DNA of 64,000 bases from a virus. Taxonomy: Duplodnaviria; Caudoviricetes. The notes beneath the pieces were generated by a model that saw nothing but the letters and a program-made list of their open reading frames with translations, searched no databases and had not been told where the DNA came from. The stretch lies in the IMG/VR virus record IMGVR_UViG_3300037486_000510, positions 1 to 64,000 of that record; one strand, 5' to 3'. Below, piece by piece: positions 16,945 through 25,888 of the stretch. The translations under genes were made by a program, and so were the position numbers. Each line of letters starts with the position of its first letter. Position 1 is the first letter of the stretch.

Positions 16945-16961
16945 TTAACAAAAAATTAACA
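16945..16961 (+). promoter_or_regulatory. TTAACA-N5-TTAACA direct-repeat box
   Basis: Exact repeat in the gap between convergent genes. Confidence 0.35.
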
Positions 16962-17043
16962 TTTTTAGCGAAACTTAAATATATGCTTCCATAAAATAAA
17001 TACTTAAGCCTCCCCGGAAAATCTCTATATCAGAATACAAAAT

Positions 17044-17670
17044 TTAAATTTTTTCTTTTTTTCTAAAAGTTTCTAAAACCCAATAAGAATCTACTAAATC
17101 ATCAACATTATCTATCCAAGAAATTCCTCCTTTTTTATGAAATTCTTCTGATCTTTCAAATAATGATAAACGAAATTTACATATTGGACCTATTTTAATA
17201 AACTGATTTATCATTTCCTTTTTTCCCATAGTTTGTTTAGCACATCCTGCTATACTTTTCACCGTAATAGGAGAGTAAGTAAACATATTATCAAATGGCA
17301 CTAGTTCAGATAATCTATCCATAAGTTTATACTTATAACCACCTAATTGTAGCACTACGTCTCCCTTTGATGCATAAGCGAGGCCCTCGAATACAAGATA
17401 GGTATCTTTATTAATATGAGGTAAAAGCGTTTCTGTGATTAGATTTACAAGATAGCGCGCATTAGAGACTTCATATCTCATTTTAGAAGAAAGAGATTCT
17501 CCTTTATTTTTATCATCGATACGATTAATTACATTAACGCCGGCTTTCTTATAAATTTCTGAATATTTATCAGAAAGTTCATACGGCCAAAGATAAAAAT
17601 AATATTTATTATCTGAAAAAACACACGCGGCAGGTTTATTTATAGAAAAATCAAAACCGATAATATTCAT
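17044..17670 (-). CDS. RuvC-like Holliday junction resolvase
   Basis: IIGFDFS, LVFEGLAY, DDLVDSYW acidic catalytic motifs of the RNase H fold. Confidence 0.75.
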   Translation of the reverse strand: MNIIGFDFSINKPAACVFSDNKYYFYLWPYELSDKYSEIYKKAGVNVINRIDDKNKGESLSSKMRYEVSNARYLVNLITETLLPHINKDTYLVFEGLAYASKGDVVLQLGGYKYKLMDRLSELVPFDNMFTYSPITVKSIAGCAKQTMGKKEMINQFIKIGPICKFRLSLFERSEEFHKKGGISWIDNVDDLVDSYWVLETFRKKEKI

Positions 17671-17686
17671 TATTTATATTTTTAAA

Positions 17687-18175
17687 TTATTGATAATTAT
17701 TAGATATATCATTAGTAAGCATATCAATTAAATCCTGCTTTTTTGGAGATTGTCCATATTCTTTTTTATATTTTCTAACTAAATAATTATAAATATTGTC
17801 ATCGTATATTAAACTTTCTGCAGAATCATAGATATAGCTATATGGATCTTCGATATCATCTACAGACTGTCTTAGCCCATGTATTATGTCTTTTATTTCA
17901 CGCATATATTGCTGTGTAGTTATAATATGTGTTTTTGTTTTTTCTATTTCTCTCTTTTTAGGAATTATAGTTCCATTTTCTTCCATCCACTTAGAAGATA
18001 TCATTTTTTTATTTCCATGTATATCAGTAACATGAAGAATATCAAATTTGCTACTATAATCTTCTACTTTAGCTATATGATATTTGTTGGTTTTTGTTTG
18101 AACACTCATTCCTGCACGAAATTTACTTGCGAAATTAGATTCATTAATATTATCTTTTATGAATATTGCTTTCAT
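17687..18175 (-). CDS. Hypothetical protein with partial leader (MKAIFIKDNINES)
   Basis: 162 aa; IxE motif at residue ~12 but no DPIxDxGIG. Confidence 0.55.
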   Translation of the reverse strand: MKAIFIKDNINESNFASKFRAGMSVQTKTNKYHIAKVEDYSSKFDILHVTDIHGNKKMISSKWMEENGTIIPKKREIEKTKTHIITTQQYMREIKDIIHGLRQSVDDIEDPYSYIYDSAESLIYDDNIYNYLVRKYKKEYGQSPKKQDLIDMLTNDISNNYQ

Positions 18176-18184
18176 AATTTTTAC

Positions 18185-18511
18185 TTACTTAGCTAAAGTG
18201 TATCCCAATGCTGCAGTAACAAGACTACTAGTTAATAATTTACCCAACGCGCCATTTTCCTGTATTCCAAGAACGCTACAAATTGCTTTTCCTATTGCTG
18301 GACCTGCTAATGCGCCTACTCCAGCACCTAATAGGCCTGTAAATAAACCTTCATCTATGTCTTCTCCTTTTTTAAGTTTATCTACAATAAGACTATAGGT
18401 TCTTTCTGCTTCTTTAATTTGCGTAGGCGTAAAGCCCTTTATTTGTTCAGACTCAAATATGCTTGATCCATTAGAATATTTTAAATCATAATATGTAGGA
18501 AATTTTTCCAT
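18185..18511 (-). CDS. Glycine-zipper protein
   Basis: GLLGAGVGALAGPAIG and second hydrophobic segment after an acidic IxE-rich N-terminus. Confidence 0.55.
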   Translation of the reverse strand: MEKFPTYYDLKYSNGSSIFESEQIKGFTPTQIKEAERTYSLIVDKLKKGEDIDEGLFTGLLGAGVGALAGPAIGKAICSVLGIQENGALGKLLTSSLVTAALGYTLAK

Positions 18512-18521
18512 AATGATATTT

Positions 18522-18896
18522 TTATTTTATATATTCTTTTTGAAAATCTTCTAAAAAAGATAGTATCATTTCATATCCATCTATAATTTCGTTGATTTTA
18601 TTAATATGACGTTTATCGTCATAATGACTATCAATAGTAAGTTTGCGTTCTCGAATAGATCTATCAATAGATTCTATTGCAGATTTAGTATCAAATTTAT
18701 GATTTATTATAATGTCTAATGCGTTACTAAATCCTACTTCTTCATATGTTGTTAAATTAGAACTAGATAATACATCATTTCTAAATTCTATTAATTTTTC
18801 TCTTAAAAATTTTTCAAGCGCATTTTTTCCAATACCCAAGTCTTTTATAGGATCCGATATTTCTACAAATTTTTCATTTATAAATTTTGCTCTCAT
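18522..18896 (-). CDS. Leader-family hypothetical protein
   Basis: Begins MRAKFINEKFVEISDPIKDLGIG. Confidence 0.7.
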   Translation of the reverse strand: MRAKFINEKFVEISDPIKDLGIGKNALEKFLREKLIEFRNDVLSSSNLTTYEEVGFSNALDIIINHKFDTKSAIESIDRSIRERKLTIDSHYDDKRHINKINEIIDGYEMILSFLEDFQKEYIK

Positions 18897-19489
18897 TATA
18901 GCGTATACATTTCGTCATTTATTCCTGCAGTATAAACTTCATTAGTTAATCTTTTAGTAATTTTATATCTATTATACGCTAAATTCAATGTAAATGTATT
19001 AAACTCGGCAGCAATAGAAGCATAACTTATATTAAATTGAGATAGCGCAATAGGAACTATTTTTTGGAACTCAAACGCAAGTAATTCAAAACCATGATGA
19101 TCAAGAAAACTTATATACATAGAAGGCCAAAATGGCTGAGTGTCGTGATATTTTTGGTATTCTTCTATTTGTTCAAATATCAACCAATAAGTTATAAAGC
19201 CCTCAGTTAATTTAAATGTAACAGTGATCATTTTGTCAAGAATTGGTTCTAATTCTTTGCCGCCTCTATATCTAATTTTGAATTGACTTTGTCCTTGAAT
19301 TACTGGATCTAATCTCACTTCTGGAAACGTAACAGATTGAACTGATGCATTAAAAAAATCTTCAAGACTTTGATATTGTAGCTTTAATCGTTTAACTACA
19401 GGCGTCCATCTTTCTCTAACTTCAGGATAAAAGAAATCTTTAGGAAACCATACTGCGTACATATTAAGTTTAGAATTCAAAAGGCTCAT
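18896..19489 (-). CDS. Tail-tube-fold (gp19/gp54-like) structural protein
   Basis: 197 aa; SVTFP, ITVTF, FTLNLAY beta-pattern typical of T4 tube-fold proteins. Confidence 0.5.
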   Translation of the reverse strand: MSLLNSKLNMYAVWFPKDFFYPEVRERWTPVVKRLKLQYQSLEDFFNASVQSVTFPEVRLDPVIQGQSQFKIRYRGGKELEPILDKMITVTFKLTEGFITYWLIFEQIEEYQKYHDTQPFWPSMYISFLDHHGFELLAFEFQKIVPIALSQFNISYASIAAEFNTFTLNLAYNRYKITKRLTNEVYTAGINDEMYTL

Positions 19490-19530
19490 AGATAATATTT
19501 TAAGTTATTTTATAAATATTTTTTAAAAAA

Positions 19531-20370
19531 ATGTTAATATATAATATACATTTAAATTATATATCTATGAAATCTCCGATTAAAGATCAAAACAATAAGT
19601 TTATTTGCGAAGAATGCAACAGAACATTTGCAAAAAAAGATGGATTAAGCAAGCATATATCTATTAATCATATGTCTAAAAAAGAATATTATGATAAATA
19701 TTTCAAAAATGAAGGCGAAGAATTGTGTCCTATTTGTGGAAATAAAAATCCATATTTAAATAGATGGGATAGAGGTTATAAAAAAACATGTTCTTATAAA
19801 TGCGCTAATTTATTAAGAACACAATCACAGGAAATAACAAAATTCAAAAAATATGGAGATAAACGATATAATAATACAAAACAAAGAAACAAAACCAATA
19901 TTGAAAAATATGGAAATAAATGTCCTACACAAAATTTTAATATACATCAAAAAATTAAAGAAAATAATATTGAAAAATTGGGGGTTGAATATCCCTTTCA
20001 AAGTGATAAAATTCAACAAAAAGTTATAAATAAATTTTCTCAGTATAGAAGATTTAAAGATACGAATGTATATTATAATACAAGTTATGAATTTGATTTT
20101 TTAGAAAAATACTATTATATATTTTCTGATATACAACGAGGAAACTCTATTAAATACACATATAATAAAAAACCTACATATTATTTACCAGATTTTTATA
20201 TACCATCATTAAATTTAATTGTCGAAATAAAAAATTCATATCTGGCCAAACGTGATAAATCTAAAATAGTGGCAAAGAAAAAAGCCACTATTTCTAATGG
20301 CTTTAATTATATTATGATAACTGATAAACGATATAATAAATTTAATAAGTTATATGCTAATTTTTTTTAA
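19531..20370 (+). CDS. Zn-finger + PD-(D/E)xK putative homing endonuclease (probable start 19567)
   Basis: CEECNR..HISINH C2H2, CPICG, C-terminal YLPDFYIP.LNLIVEIK. Confidence 0.7.
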   Translation: MLIYNIHLNYISMKSPIKDQNNKFICEECNRTFAKKDGLSKHISINHMSKKEYYDKYFKNEGEELCPICGNKNPYLNRWDRGYKKTCSYKCANLLRTQSQEITKFKKYGDKRYNNTKQRNKTNIEKYGNKCPTQNFNIHQKIKENNIEKLGVEYPFQSDKIQQKVINKFSQYRRFKDTNVYYNTSYEFDFLEKYYYIFSDIQRGNSIKYTYNKKPTYYLPDFYIPSLNLIVEIKNSYLAKRDKSKIVAKKKATISNGFNYIMITDKRYNKFNKLYANFF

Positions 20371-20374
20371 AATT

Positions 20375-22159
20375 TTATGTTTTTTTCAATTCTGCGTTTT
20401 CAGCGCTTAATCTATTAACTTCTGCCATTAAATCTGCGACATTTTTTTGTAAATCAGTAACAGTAAATAAACTTGAATAATTAGCCATTACAGTTTGCTG
20501 ATCTGAATAATTGTAATATGTTCCTTGATAGAAAGTATAATATGTTCCATTAGGATTTTTTATGATTATAGAATATTCATTATTTTTTTGAGATTTAATT
20601 CTAGCAAGTTGTTCTTCTGTTAATTTAAATTCTATTTCTCCAATAGTTGTATTCATATTATCTGCATTATAAGTTGGTCCAACTTCTATTTTAGTAAGAT
20701 CATCTAATTGAAATAACAAACCATAATTATAAGCGCCTGATAGATCTACATTTTCAAGATCTCCTCTTGAATTTAATCTATGAAACGTGAATTTATAATC
20801 TGAATCAAATGTTTTTAAGAATAATGGTCCAGTTCCTTGTGGAAATACTTCATTATCTACATTTAATACAACTTTTGTTACATCATAAAATACTTTTACA
20901 TATTTAATTTTTTCTATGTTATTTCCGATTTTTGTATTAACTGTTTCTGATTCTATTCTATTAAATACTTTATATGGAATTAAATTATCAACATTCAATC
21001 TTGTAAATCTCATTCCATATTTTTTAGGATCTGTTGATGAAAATGATGCTTTTCGAATAATCTGTGTTCCATCCATTCTATTTGTTAATCTGCAAGTATA
21101 TTGTATTGTGTAAGATACAGCTATATCTGAATTTTTTAATATGGGTCTAAAATAATTTGCATCCTCAAAATCACTATCTTGTGTAAAAGAATATTTTTGC
21201 GTTAGAATACTACTTCCCGGAATTTGTTCATATACAGATATTTCATGAATAACCACCCATTTTCTTGCATCTATTCCATATGTATCTGTAAATTGTTCAT
21301 AATTATCATTTGGATTATTGGACGTGTATAATCTTATTCTTCCAGTTTCAATATCATTTATGTAATTTCCTATTATACTTTCATTCCATATTGCATAATA
21401 TTCTATAAAATCTCCGTATGTTGATTCTGCTATATGACAATTAAAGTTATCAGCTACACTTGTTACGGGTAATTGAGCGTTTACAATTTCTTTTAAAACA
21501 AAAGAATCATTAACAATTTCATCAATAGTACTATATGTTAAAAAGATATCTGAAAGCTGAGCTACTTCTAATGTTGTACCTAAATTAGTAACCGTGTCAT
21601 CTCCTAATTCTTGTATAGAAGGAATTGAAAATTCTACATATTTATCATAAAATCTATTTCCTAAAAATAATGTATTAAAAGCAAATTTTATTACATTACT
21701 TCCAAGAGTTTGCGTTTGCTTTGCATAAGTAAAATTGGCTAAATCAACCATACTTCCTGTTGATGTTTCTGCTCTTACTTGAAGTAAAAATCCCGCGATG
21801 TCATCGAAATTATATCCAGAAACAATATGAACTTTAATAGTATCAAGTGGATAAGTTGTAGTAGATATTACAACAGAAGAATCCCAATAATATGGATAAG
21901 TAGTAGTGTAATTAGAAGAATCTAAGTACCAAGCAGTTCTTTGCGAATTAAGAGGAATGGAATTTAATGGAAGTATATTATTTGTTCCGCCTAAAGCGCC
22001 ATCGCCTTCATAAAAATATTTAGTCCCTGAATCTGATAGGCCATTAAATTCGGCAACATGAGGAGAAGTTAAAGTAGTTACTTCATCTGTTTTATTAAAC
22101 TCATATTCAAGAAGTAAAAAATCTGTTAGTTGTATATATTTTGAGATATTTGTTGCCAT
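20375..22159 (-). CDS. Putative virion structural protein
   Basis: 594 aa beta-rich protein with C-terminal coiled coil; late-promoter-like motif at 22168..22187. Confidence 0.5.
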   Translation of the reverse strand: MATNISKYIQLTDFLLLEYEFNKTDEVTTLTSPHVAEFNGLSDSGTKYFYEGDGALGGTNNILPLNSIPLNSQRTAWYLDSSNYTTTYPYYWDSSVVISTTTYPLDTIKVHIVSGYNFDDIAGFLLQVRAETSTGSMVDLANFTYAKQTQTLGSNVIKFAFNTLFLGNRFYDKYVEFSIPSIQELGDDTVTNLGTTLEVAQLSDIFLTYSTIDEIVNDSFVLKEIVNAQLPVTSVADNFNCHIAESTYGDFIEYYAIWNESIIGNYINDIETGRIRLYTSNNPNDNYEQFTDTYGIDARKWVVIHEISVYEQIPGSSILTQKYSFTQDSDFEDANYFRPILKNSDIAVSYTIQYTCRLTNRMDGTQIIRKASFSSTDPKKYGMRFTRLNVDNLIPYKVFNRIESETVNTKIGNNIEKIKYVKVFYDVTKVVLNVDNEVFPQGTGPLFLKTFDSDYKFTFHRLNSRGDLENVDLSGAYNYGLLFQLDDLTKIEVGPTYNADNMNTTIGEIEFKLTEEQLARIKSQKNNEYSIIIKNPNGTYYTFYQGTYYNYSDQQTVMANYSSLFTVTDLQKNVADLMAEVNRLSAENAELKKT

Positions 22160-22258
22160 TTTATACTTTTATTTAATTTATATATTCCTTAATAAATTTT
22201 CTTTTATCTATGATATAATTTATACATATAATCTGTGTATTCATATGAATATATATAA

Positions 22259-22317
22259 AAAGTAGTAAGGCTTTTGGGAAAAGCCAACTAGATGGTTAAA
22301 ACTAGCTGTCCTACTTT
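22259..22317 (-). ncRNA. Candidate structured RNA (three-way junction)
   Basis: AAAGTAG/CTACTTT closing stem enclosing AGCTAG/CTAGTT and GGCTTTT/AAAAGCC hairpins; flanked by promoter-like motifs. Confidence 0.35.
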
Positions 22318-22350
22318 ATTTATATATCTTAAAAATAAAATGGTTAATCT

Positions 22351-23097
22351 ATGAAGGAATTTAGAAAAAATAATGAGGGAAATTTGGTCTGTGAAGAATG
22401 TGAAAAAATATTTAGTTCGCAAATAGGATTAGGAACGCATATAGGTATGATACATAATTCTAAACTATATTATGACAAATGGATTAAAGAAAAAGACGAA
22501 GACATATGTAAAATTTGCAGTAAAAAAACAAAGTTTTCTTCTAAAATAACTCGAGGATATTATAAAACTTGTTCAAAAAAGTGTGAAAACAAAAATCGGG
22601 TAAACACAATTAAACAAACATTAATTAAAACGTTTGGAGTAGAAAATATTTCTCAACTAAAAGAAACAAAAGAAAAAAAGAGACAAACATATTTGAAACA
22701 TTTTGGCGTTGACAATAACATGAAAAATAAAAATAATTTTGAGAAACAACAAAAATCAGCAAAATTATTAAAATATTTTAAAGATACAACTATTTATTAT
22801 CGCGGGTCATTTGAACTTGATTTTCTAGAAAAATATCAAGATTTATTTCCCGACATAATAAATCCTGAATCTGTAAAATATTTATTTGAAGGAAAACAAC
22901 TTATTTATCATCCAGATTTTTTCATACCATTGTTAAATCTTACAGTTGAAATTAAAAATTCATATCTCGCTAATAAAGATAAATTTAAAATTGAAGCAAA
23001 AGAAAAAGCCATTATTGCTAATGGCTTCAAATATATTATGATTGTTGATAAAGATTATACAGACTTTACCAAGTATATATCGAATATGAAAACGTAG
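22351..23097 (+). CDS. Zn-finger + PD-(D/E)xK putative homing endonuclease, paralog of 19531..20370
   Basis: CEECEK..HIGMIH, CKICS, YHPDFFIP.LNLTVEIKNSYLA. Confidence 0.7.
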   Translation: MKEFRKNNEGNLVCEECEKIFSSQIGLGTHIGMIHNSKLYYDKWIKEKDEDICKICSKKTKFSSKITRGYYKTCSKKCENKNRVNTIKQTLIKTFGVENISQLKETKEKKRQTYLKHFGVDNNMKNKNNFEKQQKSAKLLKYFKDTTIYYRGSFELDFLEKYQDLFPDIINPESVKYLFEGKQLIYHPDFFIPLLNLTVEIKNSYLANKDKFKIEAKEKAIIANGFKYIMIVDKDYTDFTKYISNMKT

Positions 23098-23899
23098 GGC
23101 CAATAACTACTGATGTTTTTTGCGTCATAAAATTCCATCCTCCTGTTATTCCTACACCTAAAGATACTCCCTGGAACCAATGGCGTTTAGGCTGTTTGAA
23201 AATATCGGGCCAATCTGCCGGGTCTATCATCACTCCCTGTAACTGCGCTACTGTAAATCCAGGATAATTGCTTTGTACAAATACTCGTAAAACTCCATTT
23301 TCAACTTTTTGTCCCCATATAAGATTTATTTGTGTAAGCCTATTTGTTAATTCTGTATCCATATGTGCAAGTTCAAGTGGATCTTTATTTATAATTTTGA
23401 TATACGTTCTTCCTGAAAAAGAATCAAAATTTAAAGAATCATACTGATAACGTAGAGTCCACGGCGCTGCGTATGTATTTTCATCTATTTTTACAAGATC
23501 TTCTATTTTCTTTTCTAAATCTTTAATATGATTTTGAAACCACACTGAATCTTGTCGCAATTGAATAATAGCATCAGTTAGAGAAATAACATCCCCTTCT
23601 TGAGCTTCAACTAAATCATAAAGTTCTTTGTTAAGTTCTTCCAATTCCTTTTTAGAGGCAATATAACTTGCAATTGAAGCCTGAAGAGATCCATTTTTTT
23701 GTTTTTCATATTTAATAGAATCATTAAGAGCAATTATATTTTGATCACTAATCGCGTCTTGTCTTTGAAGTTCTTTTATTCGTGAACATTGTATAGCACT
23801 AAGTATAATAAATCCAATTATTATAAGTGCTATGAATAATTTGCTTTTAACAAATTTCCATACTTTTGTCCAATCTATTTTTTTAGTTTCTTCTGTCAT
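23066..23899 (-). CDS. Membrane-anchored coiled-coil protein, possible spanin
   Basis: N-terminal TM segment (then Cys), coiled coil, C-terminal amphipathic beta-strands ending YSIYTW. Confidence 0.45.
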   Translation of the reverse strand: MTEETKKIDWTKVWKFVKSKLFIALIIIGFIILSAIQCSRIKELQRQDAISDQNIIALNDSIKYEKQKNGSLQASIASYIASKKELEELNKELYDLVEAQEGDVISLTDAIIQLRQDSVWFQNHIKDLEKKIEDLVKIDENTYAAPWTLRYQYDSLNFDSFSGRTYIKIINKDPLELAHMDTELTNRLTQINLIWGQKVENGVLRVFVQSNYPGFTVAQLQGVMIDPADWPDIFKQPKRHWFQGVSLGVGITGGWNFMTQKTSVVIGPTFSYSIYTW

Positions 23900-23917
23900 T
23901 TTTAATTTTTAATTAAT

Positions 23918-25852
23918 CTACACGTGATATACATAAAAAATTTCTCCACATCCCTCGGCATTTTCGTGATCATAACTAAATGCATTCATTGTTCCTACAA
24001 CTCCGTTTCCGGTCCCAGACGTAATCGTTATATTACGTATTATTGCGAAACCAGAAGACCAGATATCAACATCATAATCCACTTGATAAGCATAATCACA
24101 ATCTCCCCAGAACCCTATATATACTGAATTATCTTTTGTAATTCCGGTAACTGAAATATTTGCCCATTCAGAACCGCCATCATTGTACGGACCCGGCTGA
24201 CCCGGTAACATAATATCTGCACATCCTATTTGAGAAGAATCTTTTACTGCGCAACCCCATACCTCTACTTGTCCTTGCGTTACTTCTGTTGGAACACTAA
24301 TTCCAATATTAACATATATGCTAATGTCAACTGTAACTGTTTGTGTGGTTAATCCACTAAATCGTAAATATCCTGAAGAATCAAACTGTACATAAATATC
24401 TGAACTACCGGGTCCGTAGTATCCTCTTTGCCAAATAGTTACACTAGTTTGTGGTGCTTCAGAATTTATATATAACGTGCCCGATCTAGTAGTATTTAAC
24501 GAATTTATATCTAATCTTACATCAAAAGACTGAATAGCTGCAGTAGACGATTCTTCTGGACTACAATGAATCCAATCTATATCTCCAGGGAGAGGTGGAC
24601 ATGGATTTAAATCTGGATCATATATGCCAGTTATATACCACCCAGTAATAGAGTTAGTCGATAAATCTACAGTGTATACAGATGAATCTACTTCATCAAA
24701 TATTCCAGAAGCATCTGCCCATAATACATGCATTATTGGATCTGTAACCCATAAATATGGAGCTTCAGTCGTTGTAAAAGATCTACAAATAGAATTTCGT
24801 ATCCACCCATTTTTATTAAATGACATGTAGTATTTGTATGGAGTAAGCTGTTCTAATCCATTTACAGTTAGTTCAGCATATTCTGCACAATTATGATACA
24901 CAAAAGGTCTAAATGTAGATGAATTAACTGTGACATTTATACTAGATAAATTTGAAACATCTTTGTACAAATATAAATCTGCAATAACATCTGCGTCAGG
25001 AGTAAATTCTAATTTATCCCAAGTTATTGACGCAGAAGTATGTCCTGCAATAGAAGTAAACGATGATGGGTTTCTTTCAAAAACTCCATTAAATAATGAA
25101 TTAGCATTTATTTCATAATTAGTTAATATTGTTCCATCTGCTGTGTTTGTAGTAAATCTTCCGCCAGGATCATCTCTATTAACTTTTAACGAAGAAACAT
25201 CAAATATTAAGTGTGTATCTCTTAAGTTTCCATTATCATCTAAATTACCTATTCTAAATATATTTGCTGAAGCTTCTCTAACAATTGCGATTGATTGTTT
25301 GTCATCTTCGCCAGAAGAATATACTGTAAAAGGATTATAAACGCCAATTAACACATTTGAAAATTCTATTCTAGCATAGTTTTTAGGTTCAGTACCATAT
25401 ATTTTAGATGGTGTACTATAATAATTTATTTCTCCTGTTGAATATACATTATCTATAAGATATTTAGCAACATCATTGTTATTAAAATATCGATTATATT
25501 TAAAAGTGTCTGACATAACTTCAGCAGAAGTAAAATAGCCTGCTGTACTTAGACTTGCGTATTTGTATACAAATTCTCCTGTGCATGGATCTAATATTTC
25601 ATATACACCTCCATTAAGATCAATGAATAAATCTCCTGTGTTATATGATCTACCCTCTGGCAATACTTCTGATGAACCAACAGTAGAAGCACATAATATT
25701 ATATTACCCATAATGGCTGTATTTATTGTAGCTGTTTGAGTTCTTGCATCAAAATCTGTAAAATATATGCCTAAACCTGCTAATCCAGCAGACCCATCGT
25801 CTCCTCGTGTTCCGAATCCTGGTCTTCCTGGTGCATATTGAAATTTATCCAT
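23918..25852 (-). CDS. Virion protein with FN3/BACON-like domains
   Basis: Paralog of 25889..27571 (FQY.PG..G.G..G.DGS.G; YNPFTVYSSG; FRIGN); WIHCSP...RSGTLYINS BACON-like segment. Confidence 0.55.
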   Translation of the reverse strand: MDKFQYAPGRPGFGTRGDDGSAGLAGLGIYFTDFDARTQTATINTAIMGNIILCASTVGSSEVLPEGRSYNTGDLFIDLNGGVYEILDPCTGEFVYKYASLSTAGYFTSAEVMSDTFKYNRYFNNNDVAKYLIDNVYSTGEINYYSTPSKIYGTEPKNYARIEFSNVLIGVYNPFTVYSSGEDDKQSIAIVREASANIFRIGNLDDNGNLRDTHLIFDVSSLKVNRDDPGGRFTTNTADGTILTNYEINANSLFNGVFERNPSSFTSIAGHTSASITWDKLEFTPDADVIADLYLYKDVSNLSSINVTVNSSTFRPFVYHNCAEYAELTVNGLEQLTPYKYYMSFNKNGWIRNSICRSFTTTEAPYLWVTDPIMHVLWADASGIFDEVDSSVYTVDLSTNSITGWYITGIYDPDLNPCPPLPGDIDWIHCSPEESSTAAIQSFDVRLDINSLNTTRSGTLYINSEAPQTSVTIWQRGYYGPGSSDIYVQFDSSGYLRFSGLTTQTVTVDISIYVNIGISVPTEVTQGQVEVWGCAVKDSSQIGCADIMLPGQPGPYNDGGSEWANISVTGITKDNSVYIGFWGDCDYAYQVDYDVDIWSSGFAIIRNITITSGTGNGVVGTMNAFSYDHENAEGCGEIFYVYHV

Positions 25853-25862
25853 GTTAATATCT

Positions 25863-25876
25863 TTTATTTATATATT
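25863..25876 (-). promoter_or_regulatory. Late-promoter-like motif AATATATAAATAAA
   Basis: Contains the T4 late consensus TATAAATA; 10 nt before the 25852 start. Confidence 0.6.
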
Positions 25877-25888
25877 TTAATCATTATA

